Shown here in pieces: positions 1 through 12,520 of a stretch of 64,000 nt of DNA. The stretch lies in the NCBI GenBank assembly GCA_951406725.2, contig OX597816.1, positions 160,270,001 through 160,334,000 on the forward strand, written 5' to 3'. This DNA comes from Octopus vulgaris. Its lineage: Eukaryota. A model generated the notes under the pieces. The model saw only the letters and a list, made by a program, of their open reading frames with translations. It had not been told where the DNA came from and made no database searches. A program made the position numbers and the translations under genes. Within the stretch, counting starts at the first letter, position 1. Every line of letters starts with the position of its first letter.

Positions 1-342
1 TCAAGGCGGTACCCCAGCATGGCCACAGTTTAATGACTGAAACAAGTGAAGGATAAAAAGTATTATTAGATTATCCAATATAGTTTTAAATGTAATCTTT
101 CTAAAATAATAGAGTTGATTTAAGAGAAATTTGGTTGCTATTTCTAGCTGGTCAAATGATCACATAGAAACTCCTTTGTTGTTTCTTTGTCTTGTGATGC
201 CATTGAATCAGAGTCATAGCTTGAACAGTTTGGTTAAAGAAACCTATGAGAGTTGAGAATGACAGAAGTTTATCACCAACTAAGATCTCCAGTGTTACTG
301 AAAACATTTCAAGAATGAAGTTGGAAGACTGTTGGAGTAGTT

Positions 343-379
343 CTCATGATAGCTCAGTTAGTAGAGCGGAGGACTGGAG
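343..379 (+). pseudogene. tRNA-Tyr 5' half remnant
   Basis: GATAGCTCAGTTAGTAGAGCGGAGGACTGGAG closely matches the eukaryotic tRNA-Tyr 5' exon (GATAGCTCAGTTGGTAGAGCGGAGGACTGTAG). Anticodon reads GGA instead of GTA, and no 3' half or T-loop follows. Confidence 0.6.
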
Positions 380-433
380 TAAGTCGTTATTAGCTGGAGG
401 ACTGTTGGAGGACCAAGGACTAAGTTGAGGACT

Positions 434-764
434 TTATTTACATTATTTACATTCGACAGATATTTGTCCTCATCTTGTTTGTTGTTAACACATTTTGGCT
501 GATATACCCTCCAGCCTTCTTCAGGTGTCTTGGGGAAATTTCGAACCTGGGTTCTCATTCCTAAGGTAATCTTCGATGTTAATATTATTATTATTATTGT
601 TCAGGTCACTGCTTGGAATCAAACTCAGAATCTTGGGGTTTGTAGCCCGTGCTCTTAACCACTATGCCATATGCCCATGGACATATGAGGACAACAAGAT
701 GAGGACAAATATCCGTCAAATGTAAATAATGTACATAATTCCTCACCTCTTAAATATAGAACTG
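434..764 (-). mobile_element. Non-autonomous retroelement with tRNA-like head, degenerate Penelope-type hammerhead and inverted termini
   Basis: 13-bp direct repeat TAAGTTGAGGACT at 421-433 and 765-777. ~40-bp inverted repeat (444-483 vs 689-733). Minus-strand A/B boxes at 676-600 and a CTGAAGA-stem-AAAA motif at 524-490. Confidence 0.7.
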
Positions 765-1354
765 TAAGTTGAGGACTGTTTTGTGCTTCCATACCTGTCT
801 TGGCAGGATTTCTATGTCAGGATGCCTTTCTTACTATCAACCTCTTTACAATGTTTGCTGGATGCTATATTTACATGGCACCAGCTCTAGTGGGGTTGCT
901 GAGCAGCTTGCAAGACCAAAATACCCTTTGATGAGGGGTTGGAGTGGAGGCTGCTTTATGCTAGGTGATGAGTGGTCAAATAATGAATGAATGAAAAGGT
1001 CTCTGGAAGGTGGGGTTTCTTGGTATAGAGGAAATACTCAGCTATTGTCATACAAGAGGGGTAAGAGTAATGAGAAGGAAAGATAAAGATTGCAGTGATC
1101 AGGTGTCAAGGTGGGCGCTGGGGGCGCAGAAGAACAAAGAGGGTGGGAGGGTATGGAGAGAGTGTATGGAGAGAGTGAGGAATGGATAGTGATGGGCTAG
1201 TGGTGTGGTTGGGTACAGAGGGGTAAATATACTAAATGGTGAATGATTGAGTGGGGTGGGGGAGGGCATGTCCCTGATGATAAATATGAGTCTGAGGGAA
1301 GGGAAGGGAAAGTAGATGATGACAAGTGATTGGCTGAGGCTGAAGGGTGAAGAT

Positions 1355-1470
1355 GGTGTGTGTGCATTTGTGTGTATGTGCATTCACATGTGTGTATGTG
1401 TGTGCATAATATGTGCACACATACATACACACATATACACATGTATATATACATACATATATATGCATAC

Positions 1471-1508
<38 letters not shown>

Positions 1509-1558
1509 TTATGATGATACATATATATGTATATACATATAAATGTATATATAAATAA

Positions 1559-1603
<45 letters not shown>

Positions 1604-1740
1604 ATATATGTATGTATATACATATGTATGTGTGTGTATATATATATATATGTATGTATGTATATACATATGTATGTGTGTATATATATATATGTATGTA
1701 TGTATGTATATACATATGTATGTGTGTATATATATATGTA
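1355..1740. repeat. Compound (TG/CA/GA/TA)n microsatellite
   Basis: Directly visible dinucleotide arrays; source of the YI/HT-rich ORFs. Confidence 0.95.
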
Positions 1741-2585
1741 TATTTTCTTCCCTAGGAAATCCAAACCTGAAAACTAGCTATAATTATTTCCCTGAGAACC
1801 TATATTATCTGCAACAAGCCAACTAATATCTGAAACAATACAATATAATTATCCCATGATATCTCTTTGTAGCTAGGATAGAATTTTGTCCTGTCACTCA
1901 GCTTTAATTAGAAATAATGAGGAAAACTGACCTCTAAGATTTTGGTCTTGTAACCCTCTGCCCTTCGAAATAAATAAATAAACTGATAAATAAATAAAGA
2001 CTTATTAAAATAAAAAAACAAAAGGAAATACAAAAACCTTAGGTCTTAGTCAGTTCAGACCTTAATATTTCAAGTTTTCAACAGAAAGTCTGCTCTCTAA
2101 AGCTGACTTGCTTCTCAGTTTGTGGAAAGATATGTAGATTGTCCAACTGCTAATGGAACAAAATATTTTGGAATTTGTTCTGGGAGTAACCTTTAAGAAT
2201 TTATTTGGCCTTAGGGGTCATGTTATTTTTGTTGTTGTCATTGTTGATCTTTGGCCCTTGGCATATCATGACTTGTATCCTGATAGAGTTTCTTGCTGTG
2301 TATGGAATTTAACATAGCTACAGGGGAGGTATGTATACATATGTGTGTTTATAACTGAGTGAATGTCAATATATGTGTATATAAGACTGTTTGTGTGAAT
2401 GCATGTACAAATAAGTGTATATATATATATAATTCTGTCTCTAGATATTAAATAGCAACTGCTACCATAAAATTTGCATAAATCTAATTAAATTTTGGTA
2501 TTAATATCATCTCATGCTGCGTTGCTTTCAGCTATTTTGGTCATTCATAAAATATCATATTAATCTCGTTAAAATTGATAATTAG

Positions 2586-3300
2586 TAAGGCGGCGAGCTA
2601 GCAGAATTGTTAGCATGCTGGGCAAAATGCTTAGTGGCATTTCGTCCACCTTTATGTTCTGAGTTCAAATTCTGCCGAGGTCAACTTTTGCCTTTCATCC
2701 TTTCAGAGTTGATAAAATAAGTACTAGTTGAGTGCTGGGGTGGATGTAATTGATATACCCCAGGGATAGGGAAACCCCCCACATGCTGTTTTATTGTGCC
2801 CCACAGGCTGATATACTCACATGTAGAAAATATAATAAGTTTTTCAATCAAAATTTATACAATATTTGTACACGTATTTGTAATATAGTTGTGTTTCCAC
2901 TATGACTTAGAATGGCCAGAAATCGTCTGGTAATTACCATTTGAATGGAAATCTTGTCTACACTATAAAACACATATTGCTAGGTTTATACCACCAGCCT
3001 GAGACCCAACTATACTTTAGCAGTAAAAAATAGAATATCTCATAAGTAATATAAATGTTCTAAATTCAGTGGCAGTATTAATGAAGATGTTATGTGCTGT
3101 AATGTGTTAAACTTATCTTTATTAATGTATATCAAATTATACATAGACATATACAAGGTTTACACAGATATAAGAGTTAGAACCTGTAATCTGCCTGCAG
3201 ACCTTTTTCTTAGGAAATTGTTGCCTGCTGCACTAAAAAGTTACCCCACCCCTAATTTACCCCTTCCAACTTGCTGGCCTTGTGCCAAAATTTGAAACCA
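2586..3300 (+). mobile_element. tRNA-derived SINE (GGCGGCGAGCTGGCAGAA family) split by a hAT MITE
   Basis: A box, B box (GAGTTCAAAT) and central GCCTTTCATCCTTTC..GATAAA..AGTAC domain at 2586-2760. Tail resumes at 3255-3300. Same family at 24045-24260 and 53225-53455. Confidence 0.75.
2761..3254. mobile_element. hAT-type MITE
   Basis: Termini CAGGGATAGGGAA...TTACCCCACCCCTA; 8-bp TSD ATATACCC/ATTTACCC (7/8). Confidence 0.7.
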
Positions 3301-4619
3301 AGTATTGATGATTAGTAAAGAGTAGCATGTTGTTGTTGAACCCTCAATCTACCACAGCCATCTCAACTTATTTTCAGACATAGTATATCTAGGATTACAG
3401 TACCCAATGTATCTTACCTTATTCATGATGGTAGGGGATGACTTAGGGTGGATTTTGTTGCTGTTTCTAGCTGGTTGAACAACTATATAGAGGTTTCTGT
3501 CTGTAACTTGAAGACTGGTACTATGGCAGATGTTGTTGGATGGTTGGAAATAAGTACCTTTTATTTGCTTTTCTCCCCAGCATCCTGTGTTCAAATCTTG
3601 CCAGAGCTAGTGGACTATAGACCAGTAATAAACTGGTGTCAATAAAACAAGGATTAGTACAGCACTGGAATTGATTCATTTGATTGCATGCCTTTTCTTT
3701 CAACCACATGGTTTTGGGTTCAGTCCCATTGTTTGGCACCTTAAACATGTGTCTTTTGCTATAGTCTTGAGCTAACCAAAGTCTTGTGAGTGGATTTGGT
3801 AGAAGCCCTTCACACACACATACAAATGTTTGTATATATGTGTGCATTTGTTTCTTTATCTTGGCATCACATGATAACAAGCACTACCATACAAATAATA
3901 TCATTTTGTTTGCAATCTCATGTGATACCATGTCTGGGCCATGAGGAAATAATATCTTGCTTGGAAACATTTGAGGGGACTGAACCCTGAACCATATGGT
4001 TGGGAAGCAAGCTTCTTACTACCCAGCCACGTCTGCACCTATATACACAAGCATTTTATATATTGTCAAATATTTCATAAGTAAAAGAATTTAATTTTTA
4101 GGACCCTTTCAGAATTATATTGTGACCTAATTTGGGTTGTGACTCCTGCTGATCTAGGGGACAAAAATCTTGTCTTCTCTTTAACATGAATTGGAGGTGA
4201 ACTGGGAACAACAACTGTTGGAGTATTCTCTATCATCTCCTCTCTCCTGTTATCCCCTATCACTCCCTATCACTCCACATATAAGCCCCCAACACACCTC
4301 ATGTAACTCCTTATTTTACATATAAAGCCCCCTTACTCTTCTATAACTACCCCGTCATTCTGAGAGAGATGTATGTTTTACCCTAAGACCTTCAGTGTTT
4401 CTAGTTGAGTGGTTAGCAGTAGGACTGGCATCTAACTGTAAAAATAATTGTCACAACAATATTGAAATATCTATATTCACACTCACAAAAAAAAAAAATC
4501 CACTTTGGAACATAGATGCAAATTATAGGCACTTGCATGGCCTGTGGTTAAGAAATTCATTTTACAACCATATGGTTTTGTGGCATCTTGGACAATATTA
4601 GTTAGATGTTGGTGTTGAT

Positions 4620-4990
4620 GTCAACATCAAAATAAAAATCAAATGGAAATTGTAGTTATGATACCCATGCTGGTGGCACATAAAAAGCACCTGCCGAACA
4701 TGGCTGATGCCAGCGCTGCCTGACTGGCGTCTGTGTTGGTGACATAAAAAGCACCAGCTAATTGTGGCCGTTTGCCAGCCTCCTCTGGTCCCTGTGCCGG
4801 TGGCACGTAAAAATCACCCACTACACTCATGGAGTGGTTGGCGTTAGGAAGGGTATCCAGCTGTAGAAACACTGCCAGATCAGACTGGAGCCTGGCGCAG
4901 CCTCCTGGCTTCCCAGACTCCAGTCCAACCGTCCAACCCATGCTAGCATGGAAAGCAGACGTTAAATGATGATGATGATGGTGATGATGA
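4620..4990 (+). mobile_element. 5'-truncated RTE LINE 3' UTR (or RTE-tailed SINE)
   Basis: Repeated GGTGGCACRTAAAAAGCACC units, GGTTGGCGTTAGGAAGGG..CCAGCTGTAGAAA and (GAT)n tail. The same sequence lies directly downstream of the RTE ORF at 17915-18400. Confidence 0.8.
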
Positions 4991-5098
4991 CACCAATGTC
5001 CTATATGGAATTATTTTACAAAATAGATTAAATGATTGCAGCATAGAAGACAGATGTTAGCCATTCTGAAACACACAGAAACTGTTAATTAAACTTAA

Positions 5099-5321
5099 CC
5101 CTTTAACATTCAGATTTCTCTGTCAAGTGTATTTATTCTTATTTATTCACATTGTTTTGAATTAATTATGCATTATGTTGTCACTTTGAGATGTTGATGA
5201 TGTGATTGTTATCTTTAGAATGACATTGTAGGGTGGGTGTAAGAGGCTGGATCTGACCAGTTTGAACTTAAAATGGGTAAAATATTTTGGCCAGATGTGG
5301 CCAGTTTAAATGCTATGGGGT
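5099..5321. mobile_element. piggyBac-like (TTAA) MITE
   Basis: TTAA|CCCTTTAACATT...AAATGCTATGGGG|TTTAA. Same family at ~17795-18722, 24355-24735, 38665-38845 and 41578-42625. Confidence 0.65.
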
Positions 5322-5774
5322 TTAATCATTGTAACATTTAGTCAAAATTTTCATCATTTGAATCTGCAACCTCATCACTGACAACATTACACTGCATCTG
5401 CAGTTTTTGAGTGTTTTTGAGTGGCTAACATGTTTTCCACACTAATCATTTTCGTTTCAACACATGATATCAGATCAAATCACTTCCCTAGCAAATACAC
5501 CTCTGTAAATACAAGATTAAGCTGTAATGGTTTTATTAATTCTCATCAGTTTTTATCAGTAAACTGTGCAACCTCCTAAGTGTTGTCAATTTCTTCCCTT
5601 GCGCCTCTGAACTTCAGAATTCCCTTCTGCAGTTTTGTTTACCTCTTCAATATGACTTCCAGTCTTTTAAGTCTAAGGTACATAGTCACCTATTTTATAC
5701 TAGAAGTTTTTATATTTTCAGTGGTCTAAGGACCTTGTAACTAGTGAATACTTTAATATATATATATATATATT

Positions 5775-6039
5775 GTTTGTTCCTTCTCGAGCCATGCCTG
5801 GCTCATAAGGGCCAATTTCCCGGTTTCCTTGGCGTATAGGTTCCCCACTTCGACGTGACGCTGGTCCATCGCAGGTCAGCTGCAAGATGCAGGAGGAAAG
5901 AGCAAGAGAAAGCTGTGGCGAAAGAGTCAGCAGAAGTTTGCCGGAGCCATGTGAAGCTTAGGTGTTTTGCTCATAAACATACACACAGCCCAGTCTGAGA
6001 TTCGAACCCGCGATCCCTCGACTGCGAGTCCGGTGCCTC

Positions 6040-6040
<1 letters not shown>
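5775..6040 (-). mobile_element. tRNA-derived SINE (second family)
   Basis: Minus-strand B box GGTTCGAATC. Near-identical copy at 35675-35978; related head at 53968-54335 (+). Confidence 0.75.
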
Positions 6041-6082
<42 letters not shown>

Positions 6083-7999
6083 GAATCAATGTAAGATCCA
6101 GTATACATGTGAATTAGCTGAAAAAGTAACTTGAAGTGAACACTTAAACAATTTCAAATCTGGTGATAAGAATTTTTTTAGTTACAACATTATTCCCATG
6201 ATCTGTTGCTACCTGCATCAACAACATGCAGAAGATGAGGTCAAGAAAGTCTTGAAATGTTAATGGATCTAAGGGATGCTAGTGCTCCAAACTAAACATA
6301 AAGGATTAAAAGGGCAATATGTGCAATCAAACATTCATAAAATAATAAACTCAAATATTACATGTGTGAGTGTGTGTGTGTGCATGTTAGGTGTATACAC
6401 ACACATCCTACTCATGTATGTATACCTGCATGTATGTTCCCTTTCCGTTTTATTCATTTATATATTCTTCCTCTGAGGAAGGAACTGGCTTCTAACAAGA
6501 GATACAAAGCTCCATTGTTGAAATGTGGAAAAGGAAAACGATGTCATATTTTAAGCGAGAAAAATGTCTTGCATATTTTAACTTTTCCTCTTACATATTA
6601 TGTCTGTAATGTATGAGTTGGTTGATTTCTTTTCCAAAAAACCCTGGCTTATCCAGACTGTCAGTGAGGTATTTACTCACAAAACTAAGTGCATCAATTA
6701 TTATTGGTATCTGGATGTAGAAGCTGGAGGTTTCTAAGAAGCTGTTCATAGTTATCCTCTTTCTCTTTGATTTTTAAAGAGATATTTTAACTAGACAGCT
6801 GACTTCTGTGACAGAACATCCTTTTTCTTGTCTGTCCCAAACAACAATATCTGGCCTGTTATGTTTACAGATCTTTTCACGGGAATGTTCCACCTGTATT
6901 TCTTATGTTGATGTTTGTATGTGTGTGTATTAGTGATGGTGACATGTTCAAAGGAACGTTCATCAGACATTATCATCATCATCATCATCATTTTAATATC
7001 CACTTTTCCATGCTTGCATGGATCAGAGAGAGTTTGTTGAAGCAGATGCTCTTCCCGTGACCAAGCCTCCTCACTTGTTTCCAAACAAGGTAACATTTCT
7101 TCATGATGGGACATGTTTACATGGAGGATTTGGAACCACATGTGTGATTGACACTTGCTTCATGTCAAGATGAGAAAGCACACACACACACACACATGCA
7201 CATACACTTGCACATATACACATGCAATGCAACAAGTGGTTAAATTAATCTTAAATTGATGATAATGATGAAAACAGTGATGATGCTGATGGTGATGGTG
7301 GTGATTGGCTGTGTGAAGTATTTAAATGAGTCAACCTCATTGAGACTGGTTCCCAGATAAATAGTTTGGTGTTGATGAGGGAGGCTGAAGATGTGTGTGT
7401 GTGTTGAAGATGGGGGTGGCAATAGTTATTAGAGCTAAGAGAAACTGGAAATGGTGAGTGTTAGTGGGAGGAAGATGTGGAGGAGGTGGGGGTGTTAGTG
7501 AGTGACTATTAAGTCTGACCACTAGAGGAAGTAGTGACACAAGCACTTCAGAGAACACTTTGGGCAAGGAATGCAGCCGAGAAGGATGGAATGTATCTTC
7601 CTTTCCTCCTCTCCTCCCCACCACCTCATCTCTAACACTAAATGGGAAGATGAACAACTGTCTTTTTTGGATGTTAACCTTCAACCTTTCCATTTTTTGT
7701 TTTCTTAGAAATCCTTGGAAATTTCTGGGAGCTGGTGGGGGTGGAGTTGGGTGATTTTCAATGTCCTAAGCTGTAGAGTTTGAGGTTACAGTCTGATTGT
7801 TGTGGACTAAGATCTCCACTGCCATTTTTTTTTCTAAAGTCAGCAGGATGTAATATGGGATATATTTAGCTGCTATTCTTAGCAAGTCAAGAGACTGTAT
7901 AATGACATCCTTTTTGGCTGAAGTTGACATAGGTCAAGTTTGATTGTTGTATTTAGCCTATACAGCAATTCTGATTAACCACATCTATTCTGTTATTCG

Positions 8000-8187
8000 T
8001 TTATTTGTTTCAGTCATTTGAGTGTGGCTATGCTGGAGTATCACTTTTAGTCGAGCAAATTGACCCCAGGACTTATTCTTTGTAAGCCTAGTGCTTATTC
8101 TATCGGTCTCTTTCACTGAATTGCTGAGTTACAGGGACGTAAACACACCAGCATCAGTTGTCAGCCAAAGTTGTTGGGGACAAACAA

Positions 8188-8226
<39 letters not shown>

Positions 8227-8655
8227 GGGCTTCTTTCAGTTTCCTGTGCCTATGATCATATATATATATAATATATTACATATTAGAGGATATATGATAT
8301 GTTTCTTTTCTTTTTATTTGTTTCAGTCATTTGACTGCAGCCATGCTGGAACATTGCCTTTTTAGTCAAACAAATTGACCCCCAAGACTTATTCTTTGTA
8401 AACCTAGTACTTATTATATCTGCCGAACTGTTAAGTTACGGGGATGTAAACACACCAACATCGGTTGACAACCAATGACGGGGGGGGGGGGGGGGGGGCA
8501 AACACACACACATATATACACAACTGGCTTCTTTCAGTTTCTATCTACCAAATCCACTCACAAGGCTTTGGTTGGCCCAAGGTCCCATGCTGTGGGACTC
8601 AACCTGGAACCATGAGGTTGGTAAGCAAGCTACTTACCACACAGCAACTCCAACA
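8000..8655 (-). mobile_element. Two tandem copies of the dominant tRNA/CORE-type SINE (Octopus OR-like)
   Basis: Reverse complement of the family with GGCTGTGTGGTAAG head, GCACCTTGGGCAAGTGTC CORE-like box, internal (TG)n and GACTGAAACAAGTAAAAGA tail. Confidence 0.8.
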
Positions 8656-9069
8656 CCTATATATACACACACATATTTAAAATATAAATAATTTCGGAAA
8701 ACAAATTTCCAAATCAATCAGGTGCAACCCTTCAGCGTTATATGCATCTACATATCGTACTTTGGGGTCTTATTTATCATATATTTATATATTTATCTAT
8801 AAATATACAAAGTATCTGATAAAAGTCAATATTCAATTTTTGGGGATTAATCAATATGCGGGTATTCTATTTCAGATAATACAAAAATAACCTAATGTGT
8901 ACATATCTTACAGTAAACTCATGGTATCCTTTTGCACATCATGAAATAATACTTAAAGGATATAACCAAAATTACCAGCAGGGTATATAATATACTTCAT
9001 TAATTATATCATACTTTAGTTAATACTTATATTTATTAAATATAGCTCTATCTGAGTGGGATCACTGCC

Positions 9070-9685
9070 AGAGTGGCTGTCTGACTTCCATGCTGGTGGC
9101 ACGTAAAAGCACCATTTGAGCGTGATTGTTACCAGCGCCGCCTTGTTGGCACATGAACAAAACACTCGAGTGAGGTCGTTGCCAGTGTCGCTGGACTGAC
9201 TCCTGTGCAGGTGGCATGTAAAAGACACCATTTCGAGCGTGGCTGTTGCCATTACCGCCAGACTATCCCTCGTGCCGGTGGCACGTAAAAGCACCCACTA
9301 CACTCTCGGAGTGGTTGGCGTTAGGAAGGGCATCCAGCTGTAGAAACTCTGCCAGATCAGATTGGAGCCTGGCGCAGCCATCTGGTTTGCCAGTCCTCAG
9401 TTAAATCGTCCAACCCATGCCAGCATGGAAAGCGGACGTTAACCCTTTTGTTACTGTATTTATTTAGAGATGCTCTTTGTTTCTTTCAATTATTTGAAAT
9501 ATAACAATGAATTTAGTAAAATAACTTACTTATCATTAAGCTAGTGTTAGGAACATAAATTGTGACTAAGGTCTGGTGGTATATCTTAATGAAAAACTAA
9601 TGAAAACAAGACATTTATACTACAGAGCCAGAGCCGGTTTTGGCCGGGTTGGTAACGAAAGGGTTAAACGATGGTGATGATGATG
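9070..9685 (+). mobile_element. RTE 3' UTR copy interrupted by a piggyBac-like MITE
   Basis: Four GGTGGCACGTAAAAGCACC-type units; tail GGACGTTAA|ACGATG is split at TTAA. Confidence 0.8.
9443..9663. mobile_element. piggyBac-like MITE
   Basis: TTAA TSD (9439-9442, 9664-9667); TIR CCCTTTTGTTAC / GTAACGAAAGGG. Confidence 0.85.
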
Positions 9686-11619
9686 AACTGTATCTTTATA
9701 TCTGTGTTTATATCTGTATCTTTATATCTTTATATCTATATCTTTATATCTATGTCTTTATATCTGTGTTTGTCCCCTCCACCATCACCACTTGACAACT
9801 GACGTTGTTGGGTTTACATTAGCCATTCAGCAAAAGAGACTGACAGAATAATTACCAGGCTTTACAAAAACAAAAAAATCCTTAAGTCCTGGGGTTGATT
9901 TGTTCGACTAAAATTCTTCAAGGCAGTAGACCCCCAGCATGGTCACATTCTAATGAATGAACACAAGTAAATGAACATAAATAAGAGACAAAATGACAGA
10001 AGGATAATAATAGATTTGTGTTTGCTATTAATATTACTGTTTTTCTTCACCTCCCCGCTCAAAACTTGTATCTATTTTTGTGCCAAAAAATAACTTGCTG
10101 CTGCAGCTTGAAAATGCCAAACTGCACTAAGGTGTGGTCCTTCTGGACATGTTACCATTGTAATGTGTACTTTAGCATGTATGTTGTTGCTGTTGCCGTT
10201 GTTGTTTTTTAGCTTATTCCTTTTATTTTTGCTGTTTGTTTTTCTACGTCTGTTCCGTTGCTTAAAGCAATTAGTTTCGAAACAGTTGCATCATATGTCT
10301 GTGCTCCTAGAATAAACGGTACAGTGTGTGTGTGTGTTTGTTTGTGTATTTGCTATGCAACGGAATATGAAATGAACTTCTCTTGTGTTTCCTAGTTTCC
10401 GGTTTCAAGTCAATGATGTGAAAGATCATCGAGGGAAAGGACGGAAGAGGCAGTGGGATGCGGGTGGATTCGAAAAGGAATTTTTTTTGAGTTTAAATTA
10501 TGCACGGTGGCACTCTGTTGCAAATTGGTTTGTCTTTTTTTGCTTCTCATAGAGAAGAAGAAGAGAAGAAATAGGGGTGGAGGGGTGGAGTAGGGAGTCA
10601 TTAGAATATGTGTGTGATTGTGGGTAGTGGTGGAGGTGGTAGTGACAGTGGCAGCTATGGTGTGACAGGGGAGAAGAGAGAAATAGATGCTGGGAGAGAG
10701 GAGGAGGCAGAGTAAGGAAGAGAGAAAGATGGAAAGAGAGAGAGGGGGAGAGAAGTGCAGTGGAAGGGAGAGAGAGGCAGAAAAGGAGGGAGGGGAGGGG
10801 GGTAGACAAATAGAGTGAAAGGGACACAGAGACAGACAAATAGACAGAAGGAGAAAAAGAGAGATAGATAGATAGAGAGTAAGTGAATGAGTGTGTGAGA
10901 GAGAGCACAAATAAGTTGAAGGTTATTAAAACCATTCCTATGTGTTGAAGGGACACAGCTGATCTTGGGTAATAACCACCAGAATTATTAAGGACCACAC
11001 GTGGAGCTTGTAGCTAATTATAAAATAACTTCTACTAATTACTTCTAGAAGTATTGATGAATCATTCAATTATTTTTATTTTTTTCTTAATGACTTGAAT
11101 TTGCAAAAATCTCAACAATGTTCAAATTGGGTTTCCAGTGACTAAAAGGGAACTTGGGAAGTCTTCATGGTAAAGTTTGGTCATTTAATGTCAAGGTACT
11201 TAGACAAGAACTTGATGTGGCTTATTCAAGACTATGACATCATACACACAAATTTACATCTGTGTTGCATTTCTGCTCTTAAAAATGCTGTATTGCTATG
11301 AGCTTATGATAACATATTTAATGGATTTCCGTTGAAATATATGCATAATATATACTATGTATCTTCAAAGGTATTGAATATATTTGGATGTTATAAACAT
11401 AATGTGTGTGTATGTTTATGTATATGTATCCATATTCATCTATTTCTCTTTCTCCTTTTGTGTGTGTATATGTGTGTCTGTATGTGTGTATGCACATATG
11501 TACATTTATATATATATATATCGTCAACATTTAATGTTCGTCTTCCATGCTGGGTTAGACTGTTTGACATGAGCTAATTTGCCTGGGGACTGCCAAGCTC
11601 CACATACACACAAACACAG

Positions 11620-11651
<32 letters not shown>

Positions 11652-12029
11652 TGTAAAGTGTTCTCAATATTTAATCTAAAGTTAACAAAAATTTAAAAAA
11701 CTGTGATTTTATGCAATTATTGCTCTAACCATTGCCATAGTCCAATGACTGGGACCAGGAAAAGACTAAACACACACACTCTAGTGTAGCTGTATTATCA
11801 AAAATGATAGCTGTTTTCTTATATAAAGTGATACATTTATTTAAGTTATGGGTGAAACTATCGAATAATTCCTTACCTACTTAGAATAAAAGACTGTCAT
11901 CTTCTGTTCTAACGAGGTTGGTACTTTTCAAACTGCTTAAGCTATTGTCATTTTTCAAACATGTGGAGTCCTTAAGTGGAGAGTTAATACAAAGGAAATA
12001 ATCATTTCTTCATTTTTTCATAATATAAC

Positions 12030-12290
12030 ACACCATCATCGATTGTCGAGCAATGTTGGGGGGACAAACACAGACACACAAACATATACACACACATACA
12101 TATATCATCATCATCATTTAGCGTCCGTTTTCCATGCTAGCATGGGTTGGACGGTTCAACTGGGGTCTGTGAAGCCAGAAGGCTGCATCAGGCCCAGTCT
12201 GATCTGGCAGTGTTTCTACGGCTGGATGCCCTTCCTAACGCCAACCACACCGCGAGTGTAGTGGGTGCTTTTTGCGTGCCACCCGCACAG

Positions 12291-12333
<43 letters not shown>

Positions 12334-12520
12334 GATACATACATACATACATACATACATACATACGACAGGCTTCTTTCAGTTTCCGTCTACCAAATCC
12401 AGAAGACTTTGGTTGGCCCAAGGCTATAATAGATGACATTTGCCCAAGGTGCCATGCAGTGGGACCGAACCCAGAACCATGTGGTTCGTAAGCAAGCTAC
12501 TTACCACACAGCCACTCCTA
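12030..12520 (-). mobile_element. CORE-type SINE with an RTE 3' end nested at ~12105-12290
   Basis: SINE body on both sides of a (CAT)n-tailed RTE 3' fragment inserted in its internal microsatellite. Confidence 0.75.

Noticed and set aside
246-428. 60-aa ORF
   Set aside because: Runs through a tRNA-Tyr-like remnant; minimal length and no homology recognised.
1099-1826. Many overlapping YI/HT/CV-rich ORFs (also 20.0-20.5, 22.2-22.7, 32.0-32.7, 34.5-34.9, 43.4-44.4, 57.0-57.3 kb)
   Set aside because: Translations of dinucleotide microsatellites, which lack stops.
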